The notes under the pieces: generated by a model
The model's database searches: none
Told to the model about the DNA's origin: nothing
What the model saw: the letters and a program-made list of their open reading frames with translations, nothing else
Translations under genes and position numbers: made by a program
Shown here: one piece after another, positions 12,201-27,100 of the stretch
How the letters are laid out: each line of letters starts with the position of its first letter
How positions within the stretch are numbered: position 1 is the first letter of the stretch
DNA from: Eledone cirrhosa
Taxonomy: Eukaryota
Assembly: GCA_964016885.1 (NCBI GenBank)
Contig: OZ024742.1
Span: 15,686,001 to 15,750,000, forward strand
DNA length: 64,000 nt
Direction: 5' to 3'

Positions 12201-15200
12201 TTATTAAAGCACCTCAGAGTTAAGTGTGATTATTAAAGAAACTCAGGGTAAAGTGTGATTATTAAAGTACCACAGAGTACAGTGTAATTATTAAAGAACC
12301 TCAGTGTCATGTGTGATTATTAAAGAACCTCAGAGTAAAGTGTGATTATTAAAGAACCACAGAGTAAAGTGTTATTATTAAAGAACCTCAGAGAAATGTG
12401 TGATTATTAAAGAACCACAGAGTAAAGTGTGATTATTAAAGAACCTCAGAGTAAAGTATGATTATTAAAGAACCACAGAGTAAAGCGTGATTATTAAAGA
12501 ACCTCAGAGAAATGTGTGATTATTAAAGAACCACAGAGTAAAGTGTGATTATTAAAGAACCTCAGAGTAAAGTGTGATTATTAAAGAACCACAGAGTAAA
12601 GTGTGATTATTAAAGAACCTCAGAGTAAAGTGTGATTATTAAAGAACCTCAGAGTAAAGTGTGATTATTAAAGAACCACTGAGAAATGTGTGATTATTAA
12701 AGAACCACAGAGGAAAGTGTGATTATTAAAGAAGCACAGAGTAAAGTGTGATTATTTAAGAACCTCAGAGTAAAGTGTGATTATTAAAGAACCACAGAGT
12801 AAAGTGTGATTATTAAAGAACCTCAGAGAAATGTGTGATTCTTAAAGAACCTCAGAGTAAAGTGTGATTATTAAAGAACCACAGAGAAATGTGTGATTAT
12901 TAAAGAACCACAGAGTAAAGTGCGATTATTAAAGAACCTCAGAGTAAAGTGTGATTATTAAAGAACCTCAGAGTAAAGTGTGATAATTAAAGAACCACAC
13001 AGAAATGTGTGATTATTAAAGAACCACAGAGTAAAGTGTGATTAATAAAGAACCACAGAGAAATGTGTGATTATTAACGAACCACAGAGTAAAGTGTGAT
13101 TATTAAAGAACCACAGAGAAATGTGTGATTATTAAAGAACCTCAGAGTAAAGTGTGATTATTAAAGAACCTCAGAGTAAAGTGTGATTATTAAAGAACCA
13201 CGGAGTAAAGTGTGATTATTAAAGAACCTCAGAGTAAAATGTGATTATTAAAGAACCATACAGAAATGTGAGATTATTAAAGAACCACAGAGTAAAGTGT
13301 GATTATTAAAGAACCTCAGAGTAAAGTGTGATTATTAAAGAACCTCAGAGAAAAGTGTGATTATTAAAGAACCTCAGAGTAAAGTGTGATTATTAAAGAA
13401 CCTCAGAGTAAAGTGTGATTATTAAAGAACCACAGAGTAAAGTGTGATTATTAAAGAACCTCAGAGTAAAGTGTGATTATTAAAGAACCTCAGAGAAAAG
13501 TGTGATTATTAAAGAACCTCAGAGTAAAGTGTGATTATTAAAGAACCTCAGAGTAAAGTGTGATTATTAAAGAACCACAGAGTAAAGTGTGATTATTAAA
13601 GAACCTCAGAGTAAAGTGTGATTATTAAAGAACCATACAGAAATGTGAGATTATTAAAGAACCACAGAGTAAAGTGTGATTATTAAAGAACCTCAGAGTA
13701 AAGTGTGATTATTAAAGAACCTCAGAGGAAAAGTGTGATTATTAAAGAACCTCAGCGTAAAGTGTGATTATTAAAGAATCCCAGAGTAAAGTGTGATTAT
13801 TAAGGAACCTCAGAGTAAAGTGTGATTATTAAAGAACCACAGAGTAAAGTGTGATTATTAAAGAAACTCAGAGTAAAGTGTGATTATTAAAGAACCACAG
13901 AGTAAAGTGTGATTATTAAAGAACCACAGAGAAATGTGTGATTATTAAAGAACCAAAGAGTAAAGTGTGATTATTAAAGAACCTCAGAGTAAAGTGTGAT
14001 TATTAAAGAACCACAGAGTAAAGTGTGATTATTAAAGAACCACAGAGTAAAGTGTGATTATTAAAGAACCACAGAGTAAAGTGTGATTATTAAAGTACCA
14101 CAGAGTACAGTGTAATTATTAAAGAACCTCAGTGTCATGTGTGATTATTAAAGAACCTCAGAGTAAAGTGTGATTATTAAAAAACCACAGAGTAAAGTGT
14201 TATTATTAAAGAACCACAGAGTAAAGTGTGATTATTAAAGAACCTCAGAGTAAAGTGTGATTATTAAAGAACCACAGAGTAAAGTGTGATTATTAAAGAA
14301 CCACAGAGTAAAGTGTGATTATTAAAGAACCACAGAGTAAAGTGTGATTATTAAAGTACCACAGAGAACAGTGTAATTATTAAAGAACCTCAGTGTCATG
14401 TGTGATTATTAAAGAACCTCAGAGTAAAGTGTGATTATTAAAGAACCACAGAGTAAAGTGTTATTATTAAAGAACCACAGAGAAATGTGAGATTATTAAA
14501 GACCCACAGAGTAAAGGGTGATTATTAAAGAACCTCAGAGTAAAGTGTCATTATTAAAGAACCTCAGAGTAAAGTGTGATTATTAAAGAACCTCAGAGTA
14601 AAGTGTGATTATTAAAGAACCACAGAGTAAAGTGTGATTATTAAAGAACCTCAGAGTAAAGTGTTGATTATTAAAGAACCTCAGAGTAAAGTGTGATTAT
14701 TAAAGAACCTCAGAGTAAAGTGTGATTATTAAAGAACCACAGAGTAAAGTGTGATTATTAAAGAACCTCAGAGTAAAGTGTGATTATTAAAGAACCACAG
14801 AGTAAAGTGTGATTATTAAAGAACCTCAGAGTAAAGTGTGATTATTAAAGAACCTCAGAGTAAAGTGTGATTATTAAAGAAGCAGTGTCATGTGCGATTA
14901 TTAAAGAACCACAGAGTAAAGTGTGAATATTAAAGAACCTCAGAGTAAAGTGTGATTATTAAAGAACCTCAGAGTAAAGTGTGATTATTAAAGCACCTCA
15001 GAGTTAAGTGTGATTATTAAAGAAACTCAGGGTAAAGTGTGATTATTAAAGTACCACAGAGTACAGTGTAATTATTAAAGAACCTCAGTGTCATGTGTGA
15101 TTATTAAAGAACCTCAGAGTAAAGTGTGATTATTAAAGAACCACAGAGTAAAGTGTTATTATTAAAGAACCTCAGAGAAATGTGTGATTATTAAAGAACC

Positions 15201-15540
15201 ACAGAGTAAAGTGTGATTATTAAAGAACCTCAGATTAAAGTATGATTATTAAAGAACCACAGAGTAAAGTGTGATTATTAAAGAACCTCAGAGAAATGTG
15301 TGATTATTAAAGAACCACAGAGTAAAGTGTGATTATTAAAGAACCTCAGAGTAAAGTGTGATTATTAAAGAACCACAGAGTAAAGTGTGATTATTAAAGA
15401 ACCTCAGAGTAAAGTGTGATTATTAAAGAACCTCAGAGTAAAGTGTGATTATTAAAGAACCACTGAGAAATGTGTGATTATTAAAGAACCACAGAGGAAA
15501 GTGTGATTATTAAAGAAGCACAGAGTAAAGTGTGATTATT
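9230..15540. repeat. Higher-order tandem repeat, period 2784 bp (96 monomers), two full copies plus a partial third
   Basis: GAAGCAGTGTCATGTGCG occurs at 9311, 12095 and 14879. CCACTGAG occurs at 9892, 12676 and 15460. Both spacings are exactly 2784 = 96 x 29. Confidence 0.92.
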
Positions 15541-16249
15541 AAAGAACCTCAGAGTAAAGTATGATTATTAAAGAACCACAGAGTAAAGTGTGATTATTAA
15601 AGAACCTCAGAGAAATGTGTGATTATTAAAGAACCACAGAGTAAAGTGTGATTATTAAAGAACTTCAGAGTAAAGTGTGATTATTAAAGAACCACAGAGT
15701 AAAGTGTGATTATTAAAGAACCTCAGAGGAATGTGTGATTATTAAAGAACCTCAGAGTAAAGTGTGATTATTAAAGAACCACAGAGAAATGTGTGATTAT
15801 TAAAGAACCACAGAGTAAAGTGCGATTATTAAAGAACCTCAGAGTAAAGTGTGATTATTAAAGAACCTCAGAGTAAAGTGTGATAATTAAAGAACCACAG
15901 AGAAATGTGTGATTATTAAAGAACCACAGAGTAAAGTGTGATTATTAAAGAACCACAGAGAAATGTGTGATTATTAAAGAACCACAGAGTAAAGTGTGAT
16001 TATTAAAGAACCTCAGAGTAAAGTGTGATTATTAAAGAACCACAGAGTAAAGTGTGATTATTAAAGAACCACAGAGTAAAGTGTGATTATTAAACAACCA
16101 CAGAAAAATGTGTGATTATTAAAGAACCTCAGAGTAAAGTGTGATTATTAAAGTACCTCAGAGTAAAGTGTGATTATTAAAGAACCTCAGGGTAAAGTGT
16201 GATTATTAAAGAACCACAGAGTAAAGTGTGATTATTAAAGAACCACAGA

Positions 16250-19200
16250 GAAAAGTGTGATTATTAAAGAACCTCAGAGTAAAGTGTGATTATTAAAGAA
16301 CCATACAGAAATGTGAGATTATTAAAGAACCACAGAGTAAAGTGTGATTATTAAAGAACCTCAGAGTAAAGTGTGATTATTAAAGAACCACAGAGTAAAG
16401 TGTGATTATTAAAGAACCACAGAGAAATGTGTGATTATTAAAGAACCACAGAGTAAAGTGTGATTATTAAAGAACCTCAGAGTAAAGTGTGATTATTAAA
16501 GAACCACAGAGTAAAGTGTGATTATTAAAGAACCACAGAGTAATGTGTGATTATTAAAGAACCACAGAGTAAAGTGTGATTATTAAAGTACCACAGAGTA
16601 CAGTGTAATTATTAAAGAACCTCAGTGTCATGTGTGATTATTAAAGAACCTCAGAGTAAAGTGTGATTATTAAAGAACCACAGAGAAATGTGTGATTATT
16701 AAAGAACCTCAGAGTAAAGTGTGATTATTAAAGAACCTCAGTGTAAAGTATGTTTATTAAAGAACCACAGAGAAATGTGTGATTATTAAAGAACCTCAGA
16801 GAAAAGTGTGATTATTAAAGAACCACAGAGTAAAGTATGATTATTAAAGAACCACAGAGAAATGTGTGATTATTAAAGAACCACAGAGAAAAGTGTGATT
16901 ATTAAAGAACCACAGAGTAAAGTGTGATTATTAAAAACCTCAGAGAAAAGTGTAATTATTAAAGAACCTCAGTGTCATGTGTGATTATTAAAGAACCACA
17001 GAGTAAAGTGTGATTATTAAAGAACCATACAGAAATGTGAGATTATTAAAGAACCACAGAGTAAACTGTGATTATTAAAGAACCTCAGAGTAAAGTGTGA
17101 TTATTAAAGAACCTCAGAGGAAAAGTGTGATTATTAAAGAACCTCAGAGTAAAGTGTGATTATTTAAGAACCCCAAAGTAAAGTGTGATTATTAAGGAAC
17201 CTCAGAGTAAAGTGTGATTATTAAAGAACCACAGAGTAAAGTGTGATTATTAAAGAACCTCAGAGTAAAGTGTGCTTATTAAAGAACCACAGAGTAAAGT
17301 GTGAATATTAAAGAACCACAGAGAAATGTGTCATTATTAAAGAACCACAGAGTAAAGTGTGATTATTAAAGAACCTCAGAGTAAAGTGTGATTATTAAAG
17401 AACCACAGAGTAAAGTGTGATTATTAAAGAACCACAGAGTAAAGTGTGATTATTAAAGAACCACAGAGTAAAGTGTGATTATTAAAGTACCACAGAGTAC
17501 AGTGTAATTATTAAAGAACCTCAGTGTCATGTGTGATTATTAAAGAACCTCAGAGTAAAGTGTGACTATTAAAGACCCACAGAGTAAAGGGTGATTATTA
17601 AAGAACCTCAGAGCAAAGTGTGATTATTAAAGAACCTCAGAGTAAAGCGTGATTATTAAAGAACCACAGAGTAAAGTGTGATTATTAAAGAACCTCAGAG
17701 TAAAGTGTTGATTATTAAAGAACCTCAGAGTAAAGTGTGATTATTAAAGAACCTCAGTGTAAAGTGTGATTATTAAAGAACCTCAGAGTAAAGTGTGATT
17801 ACTAAAGAACCACAGATTAAAGTGTGATTATTAAAGAACCTCAGAGTAAAGTGTGATTATTAAAGAACCACAGAGAAATGTGTGATTATTAAAGAACCAC
17901 AGAGTAAAGTGTGATTATTAAAGAAACTCAGAGTAAAGTGTGATAATTAAAGAACCACGGAGAAATGTGTGATTATTAAAGAACCACAGAGTAAAGTGTG
18001 ATTATTAAAGAACCACAGAGAAATGTGTGATTATTAAAGAACCACAGTGTAAAGTGTGATTATTAAAGAACCACAGAGAAATGTGTGATTATTAAAGAAC
18101 CACAGAGTAAAGTGTGATTATTAAAGAACCTCAGAGTAAAGTGTGATTATTAAAGAACCATACAGAAATGTGAGATTATTAAAGAACCACAGAGTAAAGT
18201 GTGATTATTAAAGAACCTCAGAGCCAAGTGTGATTATTAAAGAACCAGAGAGAAAAGTGTGATTATTAAAGAACCACAGAGTAAAGTGTGATTATTAAAG
18301 AATCTCAGAGTAAAGTGTAATTATTAAGGAACCACAGAGTAAAGTGTGCTTATTAAAGAACCTCAGATTAAAGTGTGATTATTAAAGAACCTCAGAGTAA
18401 AGTGTGATTATTAAAGAACCATACAGAAATGTGAGATTATTAAAGAACCACAGAGTAAAGTGTGATTATTAAAGAACCTCAGGGTAAAGTGTGATTATTA
18501 AAGAACCACAGAGTAAAGTGTGATTATTAAAGAACCACAGAGAAAAGTGTGATTATTAAAGAACCTCAGAGTAAAGTGTGATTATTAAAGAACCATACAG
18601 AAATGTGAGATTATTAAAGAACCACAGAGTAAAGTGTGATTATTAAAGAACCTCAGAGTAAAGTGTGATTATTAAAGAACCACAGAGTAAAGTGTGATTA
18701 TTAAAGAACCACAGAGAAATGTGTGATTATTAAAGAACCACAGAGTAAAGTGTGATTATTAAAGAACCTCAGAGTAAAGTGTGATTATTAAAGAACCACA
18801 GAGTAAAGTGTGATTATTAAAGAACCACAGAGTAATGTGTGATTATTAAAGAACCACAGAGTAAAGTGTGATTATTAAAGTACCACAGAGTACAGTGTAA
18901 TTATTAAAGAACCTCAGTGTCATGTGTGATTATTAAAGAACCTCAGAGTAAAGTGTGATTATTAAAGAACCACAGAGAAATGTGTGATTATTAAAGAACC
19001 TCAGAGTAAAGTGTGATTATTAAAGAACCTCAGAGTAAAGTATGATTATTAAAGAACCACAGAGAAATGTGTGATTATTAAAGAACCTCAGAGAAAAGTG
19101 TGATTATTAAAGAACCACAGAGTAAAGTATGATTATTAAAGAACCACAGAGAAATGTGTGATTATTAAAGAACCACAGAGAAAAGTGTGATTATTAAACA

Positions 19201-22200
19201 ACCACAGAGTAAAGTGTGATTATTAAAAACCTCAGAGAAAAGTGTAATTATTAAAGAACCTCAGTGTCATGTGTGATTATTAAAGAACCACAGAGTAAAG
19301 TGTGATTATTAAAGAACCATACAGAAATGTGAGATTATTAAAGAACCACAGAGTAAAGTGTGATTATTAAAGAACCTCAGAGTAAAGTGTGATTATTAAA
19401 GAACCTCAGAGGAAAAGTGTGATTATTAAAGAACCTCAGAGTAAAGTGTGATTATTTAAGAACCCCAAAGTAAAGTGTGATTATTAAGGAACCTCAGAGT
19501 AAAGTGTGATTATTAAAGAACCTCAGAGTAAAGTGTGATTATTAAAGAACCACAGAGTAAAGTGTGATTATTAAAGAACCACAGAGTAAAGTGTGATTAT
19601 TAAAGTACCACAGAGTACAGTGTAATTATTAAAGAACCTCAGTGTCATGTGTGATTATTAAAGAACCTCAGAGTAAAGTGTGACTATTAAAGAACCACAG
19701 TGTAAAGTGTTATTATTAAAGAACCACAGAGAAACGTGAGATTATTAAAGACCCACAGAGTAAAGGGTGATTTTTAAAGAACCTCAGAGCAAAGTGTGAT
19801 TATTAAAGAACCTCAGAGTAAAGCGTGATTATTAAAGAACCACAGAGTAAAGTGTGATTATTAAAGAACCTCAGAGTAAAGTGTTGATTATTAAAGAACC
19901 TCAGAGTAAAGTGTGATTATTAAAGAACCTCAGTGTAAAGTGTGATTATTAAAGAACCTCAGAGTAAAGTTGATTATTAAAGAAACACAGATTAAAGTGT
20001 GATTATTAAAGAACCTCAGAGTAAAGTGTGATTATTAAAGAACCACAGAGAAATGTGTGATTATTAAAGAACCACAGAGTAAAGTGTGATTATTAAAGAA
20101 CCTCAGAGTAAAGTGTGATAATTAAAGAACCACGGAGAAATGTGTGATTATTAAAGAACCACAGAGTAAAGTGTGATTATTAAAGAACCACAGAGAAATG
20201 TGTGATTATTAAAGAACCACAGTGTAAAGTGTGATTATTAAAGAACCACAGAGAAATGTGTGATTATTAAAGAACCACAGAGTAAAGTGTGATTATTAAA
20301 GAACCTCAGAGTAAAGTGTGATTATTAAAGAACCATACAGAAATGTGAGATTATTAAAGAACCACAGAGTAAAGTGTGATTATTAAAGAACCTCAGAGCC
20401 AAGTGTGATTATTAAAGAACCACAGAGAAAAGTGTGATTATTAAAGAACCACAGAGTAAAGTGTGATTATTAAAGAATCTCAGAGTAAAGTGTAATTATT
20501 AAGGAACCACAGAGTAAAGTGTGCTTATTAAAGAACCTCAGATTAAAGTGTGATTATTAAAGAACCTCAGAGTAAAGTGTGATTATTAAAGAACCATACA
20601 GAAATGTGAGATTATTAAAGAACCACAGAGTAAAGTGTGATTATTAAACAACCACAGAAAAATGTGTGATTATTAAAGAACCTCAGAGTAAAGTGTGATT
20701 ATTAAAGAACCTCAGAGTAAAGTGTGATTATTAAAGAACCTCAGGGTAAAGTGTGATTATTAAAGAACTACAGAGTAAAGTGTGATTATTAAAGAACCAC
20801 AGAGAAAAGTGTGATTATTAAAGAACCTCAGAGTAAAGTGTGATTATTAAAGAACCATACAGAAATGTGAGATTATTAAAGAACCACAGAGTAAAGTGTG
20901 ATTATTAAAGAACCTCAGAGTAAAGTGTGATTATTAAAGAACCACAGAGAAATGTGTGATTATTAAAGAACCACAGAGTAAAGTGTGATTATTAAAGAAC
21001 CTCAGAGTAAAGTGTGATTATTAAGGAACCTCAGAGTAAAGTGTGATTATTAAAGAACCACAGAGTAAAGTGTGATTATTAAAGAACCTCAGAGTAAAGT
21101 GTGCTTATTAAAGAACCACAGAGTAAAGTGTGAATATTAAAGAACCACAGAGAAATGTGTCATTATTAAAGAACCACAGAGTAAAGTGTGATTATTAAAG
21201 AACCTCAGAGTAAAGTGTGATTATTAAAGAACCACAGAGTAAAGTGTGATTATTAAAGAACCACAGAGTAAAGTGTGATTATTAAAGTACCACAGAGTAC
21301 AGTGTAATTATTAAAGAACCTCAGTGTCATGTGTGATTATTAAAGAACCTCAGAGTAAAGTGTGACTATTAAAGAACCACAGTGTAAAGTGTTATTATTA
21401 AAGAACCACAGAGAAACGTGAGATTATTAAAGACCCACAGAGTAAAGGGTGATTATTAAAGAACCTCAGAGCAAAGTGTGATTATTAAAGAACCTCAGAG
21501 TAAAGCGTGATTATTAAAGAACCACAGAGTAAAGTGTGATTATTAAAGAACCTCAGAGTAAAGTGTTGATTATTAAAGAACCTCAGAGTAAAGTGTGATT
21601 ATTAAAGAACCTCAGTGTAAAGTGTGATTATTAAAGAACCTCAGAGTAAAGTTGATTATTAAAGAACCACAGATTAAAGTGTGATTATTAAAGAACCTCA
21701 GAGTAAAGTGTGATTATTAAAGAACCACAGAGAAATGTGTGATTATTAAAGAACCACAGAGTAAAGTGTGATTATTAAAGAACCTCAGAGTAAAGTGTGA
21801 TAATTAAAGAACCACGGAGAAATGTGTGATTATTAAAGAACCACAGAGTAAAGTGTGATTATTAAAGAACCACAGAGAAATGTGTGATTATTAAAGAACC
21901 ACAGTGTAAAGTGTGATTATTAAAGAACCACAGAGAAATGTGTGATTATTAAAGAACCACAGAGTAAAGTGTGATTATTAAAGAACCTCAGAGTAAAGTG
22001 TGATTATTAAAGAACCATACAGAAATGTGAGATTATTAAAGAACCACAGAGTAAAGTGTGATTATTAAAGAACCTCAGAGCCAAGTGTGATTATTAAAGA
22101 ACCACAGAGAAAAGTGTGATTATTAAAGAACCACAGAGTAAAGTGTGATTATTAAAGAATCTCAGAGTAAAGTGTAATTATTAAGGAACCACAGAGTAAA

Positions 22201-25200
22201 GTGTGCTTATTAAAGAACCTCAGATTAAAGTGTGATTATTAAAGAACCTCAGAGTAAAGTGTGATTATTAAAGAACCATACAGAAATGTGAGATTATTAA
22301 AGAACCACAGAGTAAAGTGTGATTATTAAACAACCACAGAAAAATGTGTGATTATTAAAGAACCTCAGAGTAAAGTGTGATTATTAAAGAACCTCAGAGT
22401 AAAGTGTGATTATTAAAGAACCTCAGGGTAAAGTGTGATTATTAAAGAACTACAGAGTAAAGTGTGATTATTAAAGAACCACAGAGAAAAGTGTGATTAT
22501 TAAAGAACCTCAGAGTAAAGTGTGATTATTAAAGAACCATACAGAAATGTGAGATTATTAAAGAACCACAGAGTAAAGTGTGATTATTAAAGAACCTCAG
22601 AGTAAAGTGTGATTATTAAAGAACCACAGAGAAATGTGTGATTATTAAAGAACCACAGAGTAAAGTGTGATTATTAAAGAACCTCAGAGTAAAGTGTGAT
22701 TATTAAAGAACCACAGAGTAAAGTGTGATTATTAAAGAACCACAGAGTAAAGTGTGATTATTAAAGAACCACAGAGTAAGGTGTGATTATTAAAGTACCA
22801 CAGAGTACAGTGTAATTATTAAAGAACCTCAGTGTCATGTGTGATTATTAAAGAACCTCAGAGTAAAGTGTGATTATTAAAGAACCACAGAGAAATGTGT
22901 GATTATTAAAGAACCTCAGAGTAAAGTGTGATTATTAAAGAACCTCAGAGTAAAGTATGATTATTAAAGAACCACAGAGAAATGTGTGATTATTAAAGAA
23001 CCTCAGAGAAAAGTGTGATTATTAAAGAACCACAGAGTAAAGTATGATTATTAAAGAACCACAGAGAAATGTGTGATTATTAAAGAACCACAGAGAAAAG
23101 TGTGATTATTAAAGAACCACAGAGTAAAGTGTGATTATTAAAGAACCTCAGAGAAAAGTGTAATTATTAAAGAACCACAGAGTAAAGTGTGATTATAAAA
23201 GAACCACAGAGTAAAGTGTGATTATTAAAGAACCTCAGAGAAAAGTGTGATTATTAAAGAACCTCAGTGTCATGTGTGATTATTAAAGAACCTCAGTGTC
23301 ATGTGTGATTATTAAAGAACCTCAGAGTAAAGTGTGATTATTAAAGAACCACAGAGAAATGTGTGATTATTAAAGAACCTCAGAGTAAAGTGTGATTATT
23401 AAAGAACCTCAGAGTAAAGTATGATTATTAAAGAACCACAGAGAAATGTGTGATTATTAAAGAACCTCAGAGAAAAGTGTGATTATTAAAGAACCACAGA
23501 GTAAAGTATGATTATTAAAGAACCACAGAGAAATGTGTGATTATTAAAGAACCACAGAGAAAAGTGTGATTATTAAAGAACCACAGAGTAAAGTGTGATT
23601 ATTAAAAACCTCAGAGAAAAGTGTAATTATTAAAGAGCCTCAGTGTCATGTGTGATTATTAAAGAACCACAGAGTAAAGTGTGATTATTAAAGAACCATA
23701 CAGAAATGTGAGATTATTAAAGAACCACAGAGTAAAGTGTTATTATTAAAGAACCTCAGAGTAAAGTGTGATTATTAAAGAACCTCAGAGGAAAAGTGTG
23801 ATTATTAAAGAACCTCAGAGTAAAGTGTGATTATTTAAGAACCCCAAAGTAAAGTGTGATTATTAAGGAACCTCAGAGTAAAGTGTGATTATTAAAGAAC
23901 CACAGAGTAAAGTGTGATTATTAAAGAACCTCAGAGTAAAGTGTGATTATTAAAGAACCACAGAGTAAAGTGTGAATATTAAAGAACCACAGAGAAATGT
24001 GTGATTATTAAAGAACCACAGAGTAAAGTGTGATTATTAAAGAACCTCAGAGTAAAGTGTGATTATTAAAGAACCACAGAGTAAAGTGTGATTATTAAAG
24101 AACCACAGAGTAAAGTGTGATTATTAAAGAACCACAGAGTAAAGTGTGATTATTAAAGTACCACAGAGTACAGTGTAATTATTAAAGAACCTCAGTGTCA
24201 TGTGTGATTATTAAAGAACCTCAGAGTAAAGTGTGATTATTAAAGAACCACAGTGTAAAGTGTTATTATTAAAGAACCACAGAGAAACGTGAGATTATTA
24301 AAGACCCACAGAGTAAAGGGTGATTATTAAAGAACCTCAGAGCAAAGTGTGATTATTAAAGAACCTCAGAGTAAAGCGTGATTATTAAAGAACCACAGAG
24401 TAAAGTGTGATTATTAAAGAATCTCAGAGTAAAGTGTTGATTATTAAAGAACCTCAGAGTAAAGTGTGATTATTAAAGAACCTCAGTGTAAAGTGTGATT
24501 ATTAAAGAACCTCAGAGTAAAGTGTGATTATTAAAGAACCACAGATTAAAGTGTGATTATTAAAGAACCTCAGAGTAAAGTGTGATTATTAAAGAACCAC
24601 AGAGAAATGTGTGATTATTAAAGAACCACAGAGTAAAGTGTGATTATTAAAGAACCTCAGAGTAAAGTGTGATAATTAAAGAACCACGGAGAAATGTGTG
24701 ATTATTAAAGAACCACAGAGTAAAGTGTGATTATTAAAGAACCACAGAGAAATGTGTGATTATTAAAGAACCACAGTGTAAAGTGTGATTATTAAAGAAC
24801 CACAGAGAAATGTGTGATTATTAAAGAACCACAGAGTAAAGTGTGATTATTAAAGCACCTCAGAGTAAAGTGTGATTATTAAAGAACCACAGAGTAAAGT
24901 GTGATTATTAAAGAACCTCAGAGCCAAGTGTGATTATTAAAGAACCACAGAGTAAAGTGTGCTTATTAAAGAACCTCAGATTAAAGTGTGATTATTAAAG
25001 AACCTCAGAGTAAAGTGTGATTATTAAAGAACCATACAGAAATGTGAGATTATTAAAGAACCACAGAGTAAAGTGTGATTATTAAACAACCACAGAAAAA
25101 TGTGTGATTATTAAAGAACCTCAGAGTAAAGTGTGATTATTAAAGAACCTCAGAGTAAAGTGTGATTATTAAAGAACCTCAGGGTAAAGTGTGATTATTA

Positions 25201-25300
25201 AAGAACCACAGAGTAAAGTGTGATTATTAAAGAACCACAGAGAAAAGTGTGATTATTAAAGAACCTCAGAGTAAAGTGTGATTATTAAAGAACCATACAG
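16250..25300. repeat. Four variable-length copies of the block family seen at 1-6.6 kb
   Basis: GAGCCAAG occurs at 18221, 20396, 22078 and 24921 (spacings 2175 = 75x29, 1682 = 58x29, 2843 = 98x29+1). It is accompanied by CCACGGAGAAATG and GTAAAGCGTG in the same order. Confidence 0.8.
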
Positions 25301-25329
25301 AAATGTGAGATTATTAAAGAACCACAGAG

Positions 25330-27100
25330 TAAAGTGTGATTATTAAAGAACCTCAGAGTAAAGTGTGATTATTAAAGAACCACAGAGTAAAGTGTGATTA
25401 TTAAAGAACCACAGAGAAATGTGTGATTATTAAAGAACCACAGAGTAAAGTGTGATTATTAAAGAACCTCAGAGTAAAGTGTGATTATTAAAGAACCACA
25501 GAGTAAAGTGTGATTATTAAAGAACCACAGAGTAAAGTGTGATTATTAAAGAACCACAGAGTAAGGTGTGATTATTAAAGTACCACAGAGTACAGTGTAA
25601 TTATTAAAGAACCTCAGTGTCATGTGTGATTATTAAAGAACCTCAGAGTAAAGTGTGATTATTAAAGAACCTCAGAGAAAAGTGTAATTATTAAAGAACC
25701 TCAGAGTAAAGTGTGATTATTTAAGAACCCCAGAGTAAAGTGTGATTATTAAAGAACCACAGAGTAAAGTGTGATTATTAAAGAACCTCAGAGTAAAGTG
25801 TGATTATTAAAGAACCTCAGAGGAAAAGTGTGATTATTAAAGAACCTCAGAGTAAAGTGTGATTATTTAAGAACCCCAGAGTAAAGTGTGATTATTAAGG
25901 AACCTCAGAGTAAAGTGTGATTATTAAAGAACCACAGAGTAAAGTGTGATTATTAAAGAACCTCAGAGTAAAGTGTGATTATTAAAGAACCACAGAGTAA
26001 AGTGTGAATATTAAAGAACCACAGAGAAATGTGTGATTATTAAAGAACCTCAGAGAAAAGTGTGATTATTAAAGAACCAAAGAGTAAAGTGTGATTATTA
26101 AAGAACCACAGAGTACAGTGTGATTATTAAAAAACCTCAGAGTAAAGAGTGATTATTAAAGAACCTCAGAGTAAATTGTGATTATTAAAGAACCACAGAG
26201 AAATGTGTGATTATTAAAGAACCACAGAGTAAAATGTGATTATTAAAGAACCTCAGAGTAAAGTGTGATTATTAAAGAACCACAGAGTAAAGTGTGATTA
26301 TTAAAGAACCACAGAGAAATGTGTGATTATTAAAGAACCACAGAGTAAAGTGTGATTATTAAAGAACCTCAGAGTAAAGTGTGATTATTAAAGAACCACA
26401 GAGTAAAGTGTGATTATTAAAGAACCACAGAGTAAAGTGTGATTATTAAAGAACCACAGAGTAAGGTGTGATTATTAAAGTACCACAGAGTACAGTGTAA
26501 TTATTAAAGAACCTCAGTGTCATGTGTGATTATTAAAGAACCTCAGAGTAAAGTGTGATTATTAAAGAACCTCAGAGAAAAGTGTAATTATTAAAGAACC
26601 TCAGAGTAAAGTGTGATTATTTAAGAACCCCAGAGTAAAGTGTGATTATTAAAGAACCACAGAGTAAAGTGTGATTATTAAAGAACCTCAGAGTAAAGTG
26701 TGATTATTAAAGAACCTCAGAGGAAAAGTGTGATTATTAAAGAACCTCAGAGTAAAGTGTGATTATTTAAGAACCCCAGAGTAAAGTGTGATTATTAAGG
26801 AACCTCAGAGTAAAGTGTGATTATTAAAGAACCACAGAGTAAAGTGTGATTATTAAAGAACCTCAGAGTAAAGTGTGATTATTAAAGAACCACAGAGTAA
26901 AGTGTGAATATTAAAGAACCACAGAGAAATGTGTGATTATTAAAGAACCTCAGAGAAAAGTGTGATTATTAAAGAACCAAAGAGTAAAGTGTGATTATTA
27001 AAGAACCACAGAGTACAGTGTGATTATTAAAAAACCTCAGAGTAAAGAGTGATTATTAAAGAACCTCAGAGTAAATTGTGATTATTAAAGAACCACAGAG
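25330..27100. repeat. Higher-order tandem duplication, period 900 bp (31 monomers +1 bp)
   Basis: Printed lines 25381-26101 read the same as lines 26281-27001. AGTAAAGAGT occurs at 26141 and 27041. Confidence 0.9.
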
